The notes under the pieces are model-generated. The model was not told the origin of the DNA. It saw only the letters and a program-made list of their open reading frames with translations, and did no database searches. A DNA stretch of 32,000 nt from Candidatus Nitrospira inopinata (GTDB taxonomy: Bacteria > Nitrospirota > Nitrospiria > Nitrospirales > Nitrospiraceae), in NCBI RefSeq assembly GCF_001458695.1, contig NZ_LN885086.1, positions 870,001 to 902,000 of the forward strand, given 5' to 3'. The position numbers were made by a program, and so were the translations under genes. Each line of letters opens with the position of its first letter. Position 1 is the first letter of the stretch. Below, in pieces: positions 24,229 to 32,000 of this stretch.

Positions 24229-25668
24229 TCACCGTCGATGGACTCGCAAGAACGGCATCACGTCGTTGATCTCCGCCAACCGCTCAAGCCCCCAGACTGC
24301 TTCGATCACCCGCTCAACCTGGGATCTGCGCATCTTTCCCGCCGTCAATCGACGGAACTTCTGCTCAATCTCGCGGTCCGACAGGGGCCGTTGGGGATGG
24401 CCAAGGGGATGGTCCACCTGCCGGCAATAGACCTTCCCTCCTTTCGTCTTCACCGTGATCCGCGACGGCATCGCGTGGGGATAGAGACCACCAAATTCGG
24501 AAACTGGCACGACCCGGACCCGTTGCATCAGTTCATGGACGGCGGGCTCGCTCAGCCGTTTGGGAGTAAACGATCGCAACGTGACCTTGCCATCCAACAG
24601 CGCCACCGCCACACAGTAGGGGAAACTGTGATCGGCCGTCTCCCTGGTGGCAGGCCGCCACTTCTCGGGATCGCGCCCGATGATTTCGATCGCTACGTCG
24701 TAACTGCCGATTTCAATGTCCTCAATCTCGGCGAGCGCTTCGTGACCTTCCGCCGCCACGAGTTCCGATCGCACGGCCACAGCCGCCTCGACCGCCGTTT
24801 GCGCGTGATACTCCACCGGCGCCGGTTTGATGTACGTCTCAAGAATTTTGAACGGTGCTCCTTCGCCGTTCGACGTGGTCTCTCCTGCCATCATCGGCAA
24901 TTCAAAGACCCCTGAGACTAACGACATGAAGCCCTTTTCACCTTCAAAAATCGGAGCGGGGCCTGTCATCCCCTGCCTAGCCAACAACGCGGCGAACACG
25001 CCGTTGCGCGCCGCGTTGGCAAAGGCACAAGCCTTCCACATCGAGATCGCCCCCACCCTCGTCTGCCGCAAGGCAATGTTGGCCACTCCGGCTAGGTTCA
25101 CGGCCTGTTCCGTCTGGGCCAGTGAAAGACCCATGACGTGCGCGGCGCCCAGCGCCGACGAAAAGGGCCCGTAGGTCACATGATCCCAACCGCGTGGCCG
25201 GAGCGCCGCCGCGTCACAGAGGCGGCAATGGACTTCGTAAGCCAGGGCGATCGCCGCGATCACCCGCTCGCCCGACGCGCGCACGACCTCGCCGGCGGCG
25301 AGCACCGCCGCGATGTTGTCCGACGGATGGGCCGGCTCCTTGGAGAGGTACGTATCGTTGAAGTCGAAATACCGGACGAGTGAGCCGTTCGCGAAGGTGG
25401 CAAGGTCGGGCGACGTCTTGTGCTCCGTTCCCCAAATGGTCGCCCCACCCGGCGCCATGACGGACCGGGCCACTTCCCGCGCGATCCGGCAGGGAGGAGC
25501 CTGCCAGGCCCCGATGGCGCAGGCCAGACTGTCCAACAGGCGCCGCTTCACCTCATGGATCACCTCGCCCGGCAAGCTCTTGTAGCGGAACGTCCGACTG
25601 TAGCGGGCCAGACGGGCCGCCAACGTCGCTGAGCTGGTATCGTCTGTTTCCCGTCGCATCCGAGTCAT
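24229..25668 (-). CDS. prpD: MmgE/PrpD family protein, probable 2-methylcitrate dehydratase
   Basis: 479 aa with the typical PrpD N-terminal organisation (..LPGEVIHEVKRRLLDSLACAIGA..; FANGSLVRYFDFNDTY). ATGA overlap with the upstream hydratase gene. Confidence 0.75.
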   Translation of the reverse strand: MTRMRRETDDTSSATLAARLARYSRTFRYKSLPGEVIHEVKRRLLDSLACAIGAWQAPPCRIAREVARSVMAPGGATIWGTEHKTSPDLATFANGSLVRYFDFNDTYLSKEPAHPSDNIAAVLAAGEVVRASGERVIAAIALAYEVHCRLCDAAALRPRGWDHVTYGPFSSALGAAHVMGLSLAQTEQAVNLAGVANIALRQTRVGAISMWKACAFANAARNGVFAALLARQGMTGPAPIFEGEKGFMSLVSGVFELPMMAGETTSNGEGAPFKILETYIKPAPVEYHAQTAVEAAVAVRSELVAAEGHEALAEIEDIEIGSYDVAIEIIGRDPEKWRPATRETADHSFPYCVAVALLDGKVTLRSFTPKRLSEPAVHELMQRVRVVPVSEFGGLYPHAMPSRITVKTKGGKVYCRQVDHPLGHPQRPLSDREIEQKFRRLTAGKMRRSQVERVIEAVWGLERLAEINDVMPFLRVHRR

Positions 25669-26450
25669 GAGACCGCCTCCTCACCGGCTTGCTTCGGTCG
25701 CCGCTTCTCCAGAAAGGCCCGCACCGCCTCCTTCATGTCGGGAGTCACACACAACCGGCCGAACAGCTCCGCCTCCCTTGCCAATCCTTCGGCAAGGGGG
25801 ATGTCAAGCCCGCCTCTGATCGCATGCAGGGCCGATTCGACCGCCGCCCTTCCTCGTTCTGCGATTTTGGCCGCGAGCGATTCCGTCTTTGCCAACAACT
25901 CGTCGGGCGGCACGACGTGGCTCACGAGACCGATGTGAGCCGCCGTCTCGGCGGACAGACTGTCTCCCGTTAAAATCATTTCCGCCGCACGGGACGCCCC
26001 GACCACCCGTGGAAGCCGTTGCGTCCCGCCGAAGCCGGGAATGAGGCCAAGCGTGACTTCCGGGAGCCCCATCGCGGCTCCGGTTGCGGCAAGTCGAATG
26101 TGACAGGCCAACGCCAGTTCAAGCCCTCCGCCGAGACAGAGGCCGTTGATGGCGGCCAGGACCGGTTTGTTCAGCCGCTCGATCCGGTTGAACAGGGCCT
26201 GGCCCCGTTCGGCGAACTCCACGCCGCCATGGACGGTCGCGAGCCGAGCCAGTTCGTTGAGATCCGCGCCGGCGCAGAAAAACCGGCCGGAGCCGGTCAC
26301 GATCACCGCTCGGACATACTCGTCCTGTTCCACTTCGGCAATGACCTGGTCCAGTTCTTTCAAGACGGCGAGATTGAGCACGTTGGCCGGAGGATTGTGA
26401 AGCGTGATCCGGGCGATGTGGTGTGTCACAGTCAGCAATTGATGCGGCAT
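25665..26450 (-). CDS. enoyl-CoA hydratase/isomerase (crotonase) family protein
   Basis: Motifs VIVTGSGRFFCAGADLNE and AINGLCLGGGLELALACHIRLA. A strong Shine-Dalgarno sequence (GGAGGAGGGGG) lies upstream. Confidence 0.85.
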   Translation of the reverse strand: MPHQLLTVTHHIARITLHNPPANVLNLAVLKELDQVIAEVEQDEYVRAVIVTGSGRFFCAGADLNELARLATVHGGVEFAERGQALFNRIERLNKPVLAAINGLCLGGGLELALACHIRLAATGAAMGLPEVTLGLIPGFGGTQRLPRVVGASRAAEMILTGDSLSAETAAHIGLVSHVVPPDELLAKTESLAAKIAERGRAAVESALHAIRGGLDIPLAEGLAREAELFGRLCVTPDMKEAVRAFLEKRRPKQAGEEAVS

Positions 26451-26542
26451 GGTGTCTCCCTTTCCCCCTCCTCCAGCGCAGCACCATCACGACGGGACAA
26501 ACAGCCCAACACGCAACATCGCTGAATGTTACAGCCGGCTCT

Positions 26543-27343
26543 TCACGGAGCCGCGCGAGTCGGTGCCGCTTCCAGGTCGCGGAGCCGCTGCTGCTCCGCA
26601 ATCGCGGCGATTAATTCTGGAATCCCCTGGCCGGTCGTGGCGGTGATCTTCAACACGGTTCGGTACCATTCCCTCAGTTCGCGTAGGGTCCGGTCCGCCT
26701 CCGGATGGTCGCCTCTATTGACGACGATGATCTGCGCCACTTCCAACAACCCGGCTTTCATCGCCTGCACCTCGTCACCCAATCCTGGCGCGACGACCGC
26801 CACCACCGTCGGCGCCACCGTTGCAATTTCGAGTTCTCCCTGCCCCACCCCCACCGTTTCGACCAAGATCACGTCATAACCTGCCGCCTCCAAGACCGAC
26901 ACCGCCTCGCCGGTCACGGACGCGAGCCCTCCGTGATGACCCCTTGTCGCCAGGCTCCTGATAAACACACCGGCATCGAGGGCATGCTGTTGCATCCTGA
27001 TCCGATCACCCAACAGGGCGCCGCCGGTGAAGGGACTGGTCATATCGACTGCCAACACGCCGACCCTGTGCCCCAGGCGGCGATAGGCGGTCACAAGCTG
27101 ATCGATGATCGTACTTTTGCCGGCGCCGGGATAGCCGGTGACGCCAATGATCGCGGCGCGAGAGGACTCGCCTTGTCCCTGCAACAGGCGGAGGGTGTCG
27201 CGACCCTCTTGCTCCCGACGTTCGAGCGACGTGATCAACCTCGCCACCGCCCGGACCTCTCCTTGCCTCACCCGTTCGGCGAGTGTTGATGCGAGATCGA
27301 CCTGCCTGTCCCGCTTGTCCAGATGAATGTCGAGCCTCGTCAT
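26543..27343 (-). CDS. meaB: methylmalonyl-CoA mutase-associated GTPase MeaB/ArgK (G3E family), short C-terminus
   Basis: P-loop GVTGYPGAGKST, plus SPFTGGALLGDRIRM and ETVGVGQGE. ATG at 27343 overlaps the HMG-CoA lyase stop (ATGA). The ORF-track start (TTG 27358) is less likely. Confidence 0.8.
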   Translation of the reverse strand: MTRLDIHLDKRDRQVDLASTLAERVRQGEVRAVARLITSLERREQEGRDTLRLLQGQGESSRAAIIGVTGYPGAGKSTIIDQLVTAYRRLGHRVGVLAVDMTSPFTGGALLGDRIRMQQHALDAGVFIRSLATRGHHGGLASVTGEAVSVLEAAGYDVILVETVGVGQGELEIATVAPTVVAVVAPGLGDEVQAMKAGLLEVAQIIVVNRGDHPEADRTLRELREWYRTVLKITATTGQGIPELIAAIAEQQRLRDLEAAPTRAAP

Positions 27344-28311
27344 GGAACAGCCTCGCAACGAACATCACTGGCCAACCCCTCGCGCAACACCCGCGACAAC
27401 CGGGAAGAAAGAGCATGGCCCACCACCGGTTCCAGCCTCAGGGCCGCCAAGGCCACCGCTCGCTCATCCACCGTCATGGCGGCGCCGGAAGCGCGCAAGG
27501 CATAGACAACGTCCTCGGTCGCCACATTGCCGGCTGCTCCCGGTGCAAAGGGACAGCCGCCGAGCCCTCCGGCGGAAGTGTCGAACGTGCGCAGACCGTA
27601 CTCAGCCCAGGCGGTCAGGACGTTGGCGACGCCGAGCCCATAGGTATCGTGCACGTGCAGGGAGAGGTCCTTGGCCGGAACGTCGTGCAGCAGGAGATCC
27701 AGCAATCGCCTGATGTCCTGCGGAACGGCCATTCCCATCGTCTCCCCCAACGAGAGTTCATCGACGCCAAGATCGAGCAGCCGTCTCGCCACGTCCAGCA
27801 CCTTGGAGGGAGGCACAGGTCCTTCGAACGGACAGTGCGTCACCGTTGAGATGTAGCCTCGCACGATCACCCCTTCCCGCTTCGCCGCCGATACCACCGG
27901 CTTGAACCGTTCCAACGATTCACGGACCGTGCAGTTGACGTTCCGTTGATTGAAGGTGTCGGAGGCGGCGGTGAACAGCGCGATCTTGTCCACCTGCGCG
28001 GCCCTGGCCCGTTCCCAGCCCCGCTCGTTCGGCACCAGCGCCGAGTAGAGGATACCGGAACGGCGCTCGATCCTGGCGAAGACCTCGTCCGTATCAGCGA
28101 GTTGAGGGACCGCGCGAGGCGAAACAAACGAGCCGACTTCCATCTCCGCCACGCCGGATCGGGACAGGTCGTTCACGAAAGCAACCTTGACCTCCGTCGG
28201 AATGACGGTCGGCTCATGTTGCAAACCGTCTCGTGGGCCGACTTCCACGATGCTCACCTCAATGCTCACCTTGGCCTTGTCCGACTTCTGCCCGTCGCCT
28301 TCAATCATCAT
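27340..28311 (-). CDS. hydroxymethylglutaryl-CoA lyase family protein
   Basis: IVEVGPRDGLQHEP signature near the N-terminus, HVHDTYGLGVANVL and GLGGCPFAPGAAGNVATEDVVY. Confidence 0.85.
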   Translation of the reverse strand: MMIEGDGQKSDKAKVSIEVSIVEVGPRDGLQHEPTVIPTEVKVAFVNDLSRSGVAEMEVGSFVSPRAVPQLADTDEVFARIERRSGILYSALVPNERGWERARAAQVDKIALFTAASDTFNQRNVNCTVRESLERFKPVVSAAKREGVIVRGYISTVTHCPFEGPVPPSKVLDVARRLLDLGVDELSLGETMGMAVPQDIRRLLDLLLHDVPAKDLSLHVHDTYGLGVANVLTAWAEYGLRTFDTSAGGLGGCPFAPGAAGNVATEDVVYALRASGAAMTVDERAVALAALRLEPVVGHALSSRLSRVLREGLASDVRCEAVP

Positions 28312-28329
28312 TCCTCCTGCTCAATGCCA

Positions 28330-29133
28330 TTACTCGATGATCGCTCCGGGCCAAACCGGCTCTCGCTTCTCGCGAAAGGCACGGAGCCCTTCCCGCGCCT
28401 CCGGCGACAGGCGAGCCCGCACATTGGTCTCCACGGCCAGTTTCCCCTGTTCATCCTCCGAGAGCGTACCCAACTTCCGAAACAGAACCTTGGCCTCCCG
28501 CACGGCGTCCGGCGCAGAACGGCCGACCAGCTCGGCCACGTGATCGACGCGAGCGTCAAGAGACGACGGCTCTACCACTTCGTGGACGAGTCCTGCTTCC
28601 TTGGCGATGGAGGCTGAAAAGGGCTCGCCGGTCAGCCCGTAGCGACGCAGGAACGAGAGGCCGGTCTTGCGCAACAGCAACGGCGCGATCACCGCCGGCA
28701 CCAACCCCACGCGGACTTCGCTCAACGCAAACGTCGCATCGGCCCGCGCGACCACGATGTCGCAGGCGGCAATCAAACCGATGCCTCCGCCAAAGGCCGG
28801 TCCTTGAATCTTTCCGATCACGGGACAGGGACAGTCGTCGATGGCCCGCAACAGCATAAGCAACGACTCCGCGTCCGTCCTCGCCTCCGCCATCGTCACG
28901 GATTCCGACCCCATCCAGTGGAGATCGGCCCCGGCGCAGAAGACGGGTCCGGCTCCGGTGAGGATGACGCCCCGCACAGAACGATCCTTCCCGATTTCGA
29001 CGAACACCTCACGCAGCTCATCAATCATCAGACGGTCAAACGCATTGCGACGTTCCGGCCGATTGAGCGTGACCACCATAAGACCGTAGCCCCTCTCAAG
29101 GGAATCGATGAGAACCGTTTGCCGTTGCTCCAT
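28330..29133 (-). CDS. enoyl-CoA hydratase, probable methylglutaconyl-CoA hydratase by context
   Basis: Crotonase motifs GVILTGAGPVFCAGADL and GPAFGGGIGLIAACDIVVA. It lies between the MCC-beta-like and HMG-CoA lyase genes, as liuC does in liu clusters. Confidence 0.75.
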   Translation of the reverse strand: MEQRQTVLIDSLERGYGLMVVTLNRPERRNAFDRLMIDELREVFVEIGKDRSVRGVILTGAGPVFCAGADLHWMGSESVTMAEARTDAESLLMLLRAIDDCPCPVIGKIQGPAFGGGIGLIAACDIVVARADATFALSEVRVGLVPAVIAPLLLRKTGLSFLRRYGLTGEPFSASIAKEAGLVHEVVEPSSLDARVDHVAELVGRSAPDAVREAKVLFRKLGTLSEDEQGKLAVETNVRARLSPEAREGLRAFREKREPVWPGAIIE

Positions 29134-29154
29134 GGCCTTGCCTTGATCAGCACC

Positions 29155-30756
29155 TCACATGCGAAAGACCGGCGGACGAGCTCTCTTCGCCGGCGCCGTC
29201 ATCGCGATGTCCAGACAGAATCCAAGGATCTTTCTCGTCTCGACCGGATCGATGATGCCGTCGTCCCACAACCGCGCCGTGCTGAAGAACGGATCTCCCT
29301 CTTTCTCGTACTGAGCTACCGTCGAGTCGTAGATCGCACGTGCTTCTTCTTGAGACAACGCCGCCCCCTCCCTGGCCAGTTGCTGCTGTTTGATGGTCAC
29401 GAGCACCTGCGCCGCCTGCTGCGGCCCCATGACCGAGATGCGCGCGTTGGGCCAGAGGAACAACCACCTGGGCCCATAGGCCCTGCCACACATCGCGTAG
29501 TTGCCGGCTCCGTGGGACGCGCCGATGATGACGGTGATCATCGGCACCCCGGCGGTCGCGACGGCCTGCACCATCTTGGCACCGTCCTTGATGATCCCCC
29601 TCGCCTCATAGTCCTTGCCGACCATGAAGCCCGTGATGTTTTGCAAGAACACGATCGGCACACGCCGCTGGTCGCAGAGCTGCACGAAGTGCGCGCCCTT
29701 CAAGGCCGCCTCTGAGAGGAGCACACCGTTGTTGCCGATGATCCCGACCAGATGGCCCATCCATCGAGCGAAGCCGCAGACCAATGTGGAGCCGTATCGA
29801 GCCTTGAATTCGTGAAAGCGGCTTCCGTCCACCAACCGGGCGATCACTTCGCGGACATCGAAGGTCTGCCTCGGATTGCTCGGAATCAGGCCGTACAGGT
29901 CCTCGGCTTGGTAGAGCGGCTCTTCGACCTCCTGCTTTCGCGGACTTGGTCTCCGCGGCAGCGTGTCCATGATCGAGCGGCAGAGCTCGATCGCCTCCCG
30001 GTCGTCATTCGCCAGATGGTCGCTGACGCCGGACCGTCTTGTGTGGAGATCGGCGCCGCCCAGGTCTTCCACCGTGACCTCCTCGCCGGTCGCCGCCTTC
30101 ACCAACGGCGGGCCCGCCAAATAAATCGCGCCGGTTCCCTTGACGATGATGTTTTCATCGCACATGGCCGGCACATAGGCCCCGCCCGCCGTGCACAGCC
30201 CCATCACCACGGCGATTTGCGGAATCCCCAGCGCGGACATGCGGGCCTGGTGATAGAAGATCCGTCCAAAATGGTCCCGGTCGGCAAAGACCTCCGCCTG
30301 CATCGGGAGAAACACGCCACCGGAATCCACTAGATAGATGCAGGGCAATCGGTTGGCCAGGGCGATCTCCTGGGCCCGCAGATGTTTCTTGATCGTCAAG
30401 GGGAAATACGTGCCGCCCTTGACAGTGGCGTCGTTGGCCACGATCACGCAGGGCCTCCCGGACACGACACCGACGCCGGTCACGAGCCCCGCCGAGGGAA
30501 CCTGATCCTCGTACAGGCCGGAGGCGGCAAGGGGACTCAGTTCCAACCAGGGCGCGTCAGGATCGAGCAGGGCGGCGAGCCGCTCGCGGACGGTCATCTT
30601 GCCACGTGTTTTGTGAAGCGCCACCGCCTCCGGCGACCCGCCTGCCCGAGCCACGGCCAGCCGCTTGCGGAGGTCGGCCACCAGTCCTTCGTAATGGAGT
30701 CGATTCGACCGATAGGCATCGGACGTGGGAACCACCGACGTGGCCAGCACCCTCAT
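29155..30756 (-). CDS. acyl-CoA carboxylase carboxyltransferase (beta) subunit, methylcrotonyl-CoA carboxylase beta-like
   Basis: End-to-end resemblance to MCCC2-type proteins as recalled: [70 protein letters not shown] and [10 protein letters not shown]. Confidence 0.85.
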   Translation of the reverse strand: MRVLATSVVPTSDAYRSNRLHYEGLVADLRKRLAVARAGGSPEAVALHKTRGKMTVRERLAALLDPDAPWLELSPLAASGLYEDQVPSAGLVTGVGVVSGRPCVIVANDATVKGGTYFPLTIKKHLRAQEIALANRLPCIYLVDSGGVFLPMQAEVFADRDHFGRIFYHQARMSALGIPQIAVVMGLCTAGGAYVPAMCDENIIVKGTGAIYLAGPPLVKAATGEEVTVEDLGGADLHTRRSGVSDHLANDDREAIELCRSIMDTLPRRPSPRKQEVEEPLYQAEDLYGLIPSNPRQTFDVREVIARLVDGSRFHEFKARYGSTLVCGFARWMGHLVGIIGNNGVLLSEAALKGAHFVQLCDQRRVPIVFLQNITGFMVGKDYEARGIIKDGAKMVQAVATAGVPMITVIIGASHGAGNYAMCGRAYGPRWLFLWPNARISVMGPQQAAQVLVTIKQQQLAREGAALSQEEARAIYDSTVAQYEKEGDPFFSTARLWDDGIIDPVETRKILGFCLDIAMTAPAKRARPPVFRM

Positions 30757-30762
30757 GGTTCG

Positions 30763-31170
30763 TCACCTCGACGTGGGGAGTTCCTTGACGAAGCGCACGA
30801 TGTCTTCCAGCGACGTCCCAGGCCCGAACAGGGCCTTGACACCCGCTTCTTTCAACGCAGGCACGTCCTCATTCGGGATGATCCCGCCGCCAAAAACCAC
30901 AATGTTCTCGGCTCCCTGTTCGCTCAACAGTTCCAACACGCGCCGAAACAACGTGTTGTGTGCGCCGGAGAGGACGCTCAACCCGATCGCATCGACGTCT
31001 TCTTGAATCGCGGTGTTGACGATCTGTTCCGGCGACTGATGGAGACCGGTGTAGATGACCTCCATGCCGGCGTCGCGCAACGCGCGCGCGATCAATTTCA
31101 CGCCCCGGTCATGGCCGTCGAGCCCGACCTTACCGATCAAGATCCGCAGGGGAACCGTCGCCACCGTCAT
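30763..31170 (-). CDS. methylmalonyl-CoA (acyl-CoA) mutase small subunit, cobalamin-binding domain
   Basis: 135 aa. [33 protein letters not shown] contains the DxHxxG B12-binding motif, followed by GLSVLSGAH and VFGGGIIP. Confidence 0.85.
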   Translation of the reverse strand: MTVATVPLRILIGKVGLDGHDRGVKLIARALRDAGMEVIYTGLHQSPEQIVNTAIQEDVDAIGLSVLSGAHNTLFRRVLELLSEQGAENIVVFGGGIIPNEDVPALKEAGVKALFGPGTSLEDIVRFVKELPTSR

Positions 31171-32000
31171 GTCCGAGCCTCCTGGAGATAGTACTTGCCC
31201 TCCTGATCCTTCTTGACGTAGCCGGCCTGGATGACGGGATCATGTTCGAAGAACAGGAGCCACTGTTCGTCAAAAGCCAGGTCCAGCACCCACCGTTTCG
31301 TTTCCAACGTCTGGAGCGGATAGAGGTCGTACCCCATGATGTAGGGGAGCGGCAGGTGCGACACGGTGGGGATCAAATCGCCGAGGAAGAACGCCGTGCG
31401 GCCTTCCGACGTGATCTTCACCCCTTGATGGGCGCGGGTGTGGCCGGCGGTGATGACGGCGCTGACGCCGGGGAGCAGTTCCGTGTCGCCGTACAAAAAC
31501 TCCCATTGATTGGCTAGGGCGACGGGCACGACATTGTCTTTCCTGTAACTGGCCTTGGTCCGTTCGTTGGCATGGATCGCGTCCTCATATTCGCTGCGCT
31601 GGATGACATAGGTCGCCTTGCGAAACGTCGGGGCCACGATCCCGTCTTCCCGCCTGGTCGTATTCCCGCCCGCATGGTCGAAGTGGAGATGGGTGTTGAT
31701 CACCAGATGAATGTCGTCCGGCTCGAGACCCACCTGTTTCAACGAATCCAGCAAGGTCGGCCGCCGATCCAGGCCGAACATCCGATGGAACTTGCCGTCC
31801 TCCTTGGAGCCGATCCCCGTATCCACCAGAATGTTGGTCCCCTTTGCTCGGATCAGCAAACAGGTAAGACTCAGGTCGATCCGGTTCAGCTCATCGGCGG
31901 CGCAACATTTTCCCCACAGCACCTTGGGGACGACACCGAACATCGCGCCGCCGTCGAGCCGGAACCGGCCATCCGAAATCGGATAGAGTTCAAATGAGCC
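31167..32000 (-). CDS. MBL-fold metallo-hydrolase with an AiiA-like [10 protein letters not shown] motif (5' end beyond the window)
   Basis: Zn-binding motif [12 protein letters not shown]. The reading frame stays open upstream of the ORF-track ATG (31943) to the window edge. Residues [26 protein letters not shown] fit the usual N-terminus of this subfamily, so the true start is at or beyond 32000. ATGA overlap with the mutase subunit gene. Confidence 0.75.
   Translation of the reverse strand, partial: GSFELYPISDGRFRLDGGAMFGVVPKVLWGKCCAADELNRIDLSLTCLLIRAKGTNILVDTGIGSKEDGKFHRMFGLDRRPTLLDSLKQVGLEPDDIHLVINTHLHFDHAGGNTTRREDGIVAPTFRKATYVIQRSEYEDAIHANERTKASYRKDNVVPVALANQWEFLYGDTELLPGVSAVITAGHTRAHQGVKITSEGRTAFFLGDLIPTVSHLPLPYIMGYDLYPLQTLETKRWVLDLAFDEQWLLFFEHDPVIQAGYVKKDQEGKYYLQEART

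Overview
High-GC (about 60% by eye) bacterial chromosomal segment. All calls come from motifs recognised by eye, with no database search. No rRNA, tRNA or CRISPR array was found. Left to right: (1) the conserved rpmH-rnpA-yidD block on the minus strand, with a perfect consensus sigma70 promoter for rpmH and no adjacent dnaA. (2) An envelope cluster of a DUF4398-like lipoprotein, two YkuD-type L,D-transpeptidases and an exported hypothetical protein. (3) A translationally coupled sugar-phosphate operon, pgi-pgl-glk-rpiA, followed by a PQQ-type sugar dehydrogenase lipoprotein. (4) pcm, dodecin, a DeaD-type DEAD-box helicase, an FAD oxidoreductase, a DUF1614 membrane protein and a hypothetical protein. 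(5) A small accessory islet (about 16.55-18.83 kb). It holds a 615-bp internally deleted IS3-family remnant that keeps both inverted repeats, a lower-GC ORFan, and a DUF4160(frameshifted)/DUF2442 pair. An hsp20 gene, a tiny lipoprotein and a protein with a Pro/Ala-rich tail follow. (6) The most interesting feature is an 11-gene, tightly overlapping minus-strand operon (20.4 kb to the window end). It fuses leucine-type catabolism (methylcrotonyl-CoA carboxylase beta, enoyl-CoA hydratase, HMG-CoA lyase), B12-mutase parts (B12-binding subunit, MeaB), a full methylcitrate set (PrpD, PrpB, PrpC), a non-ACS-type CoA ligase and an AiiA-motif MBL hydrolase. The expected partner subunits are absent from the window. 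No recognisable defence system was seen. The many long antisense ORFs are high-GC artefacts.
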